Translations under genes and position numbers: made by a program
Part shown: positions 63,440-64,000 of the stretch, one piece after another
Position numbering within the stretch: position 1 is the stretch's first letter
Layout: each line of letters starts with the position of its first letter
Source of the DNA: Takakia lepidozioides
Lineage: Eukaryota; Plantae; Bryophyta
Assembly (NCBI GenBank): GCA_030704615.1
Contig: CM060734.1
Span: forward strand, 24,614,001-24,678,000
Length of the DNA: 64,000 bases
Direction: 5' to 3'
The notes under the pieces: model-generated
What the model saw: only the letters and a program-made list of their open reading frames with translations
What the model was told of the DNA's origin: nothing
Databases searched by the model: none

Positions 63440-64000
63440 GACCCTGTCTAACCTAGCCATACTAAGGTCCGGGGGCTGCCTATTATTGGTCCAAGAGAAT
63501 TTCAAACTATTGCGATCAAGAAGCGAGGCATCAAGGAAACCCACAGCAAAACACAAACAGTCCCAAGCAGTTTGCTCATCCATAGAAAGGGTGCTAGCAG
63601 ACTCGCCGAAGCAATCAGACGGACTTTCAACCATATTAAAGTCACCCGACATAATCCAGTATGATATATGCGGGTGATCCATAATTTTAAGCCTAATGGT
63701 GTTCCAAAAATCCGTTCTTTCTACAGCTGCGTTAGGAGCGTAGATATAGATAAAACCACAGAGGCCGAAGCTCGAGGAGGATGTAATGAATGCGCATTGT
63801 GCCCTTCCCTGAACACAAGTATCCACGTTTTGAGAAAGGAGGAAGCTAAAGAAGGAGAAATAAGCACTGTCGTGCCATCCCGAGACTCAGCTATCGTGGG
63901 ATTCCACCAAACCGATCCTATGGTTGGCTAGTCATCAACCCAGTCTCACCATAGAAGAAACATTGGTGGTCTTGCTGGTCATCACTCCAGCCTCACCACC
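63440..64000 (-). pseudogene. L1 ORF2 AP-type endonuclease fragment
   Basis: IYAPN, WIMSGDFNMV, FSWTN and ARLDRV motifs. Confidence 0.88.

Overview
Repeat-rich land-plant nuclear DNA; a seed-free lineage (bryophyte, lycophyte or fern) is inferred from the TE families and a PLS-class PPR fragment. One intact host gene is present: a 16-exon MCM-binding protein gene (MCM-BP/ETG1 homolog, + strand, 31558-50969, about 647 aa) with a double E2F site in its promoter. Positions 1-31000 are a nest of Ty3/Gypsy elements: one complete chromovirus with LTRs and TSD, and several degraded non-chromovirus elements with accessory ORFs, one of which has three F-box-like motifs. This stretch also holds Mutator, CACTA and hAT pieces and a PPR fragment. 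The gene's introns are packed with serially stacked 3' ends of two RTE-like LINE families and a complete Copia element. Downstream are a hAT MITE, L1 LINE fragments and a 5.1 kb pogo/Fot1-like DD35D transposon inserted at a TA in an L1 endonuclease. The best candidates for new biology are the accessory-ORF cassette of the Gypsy elements and the microhomology-guided re-insertion of RTE tails into the same intronic sites. All homology calls are from motif recognition by eye; no database search was run.
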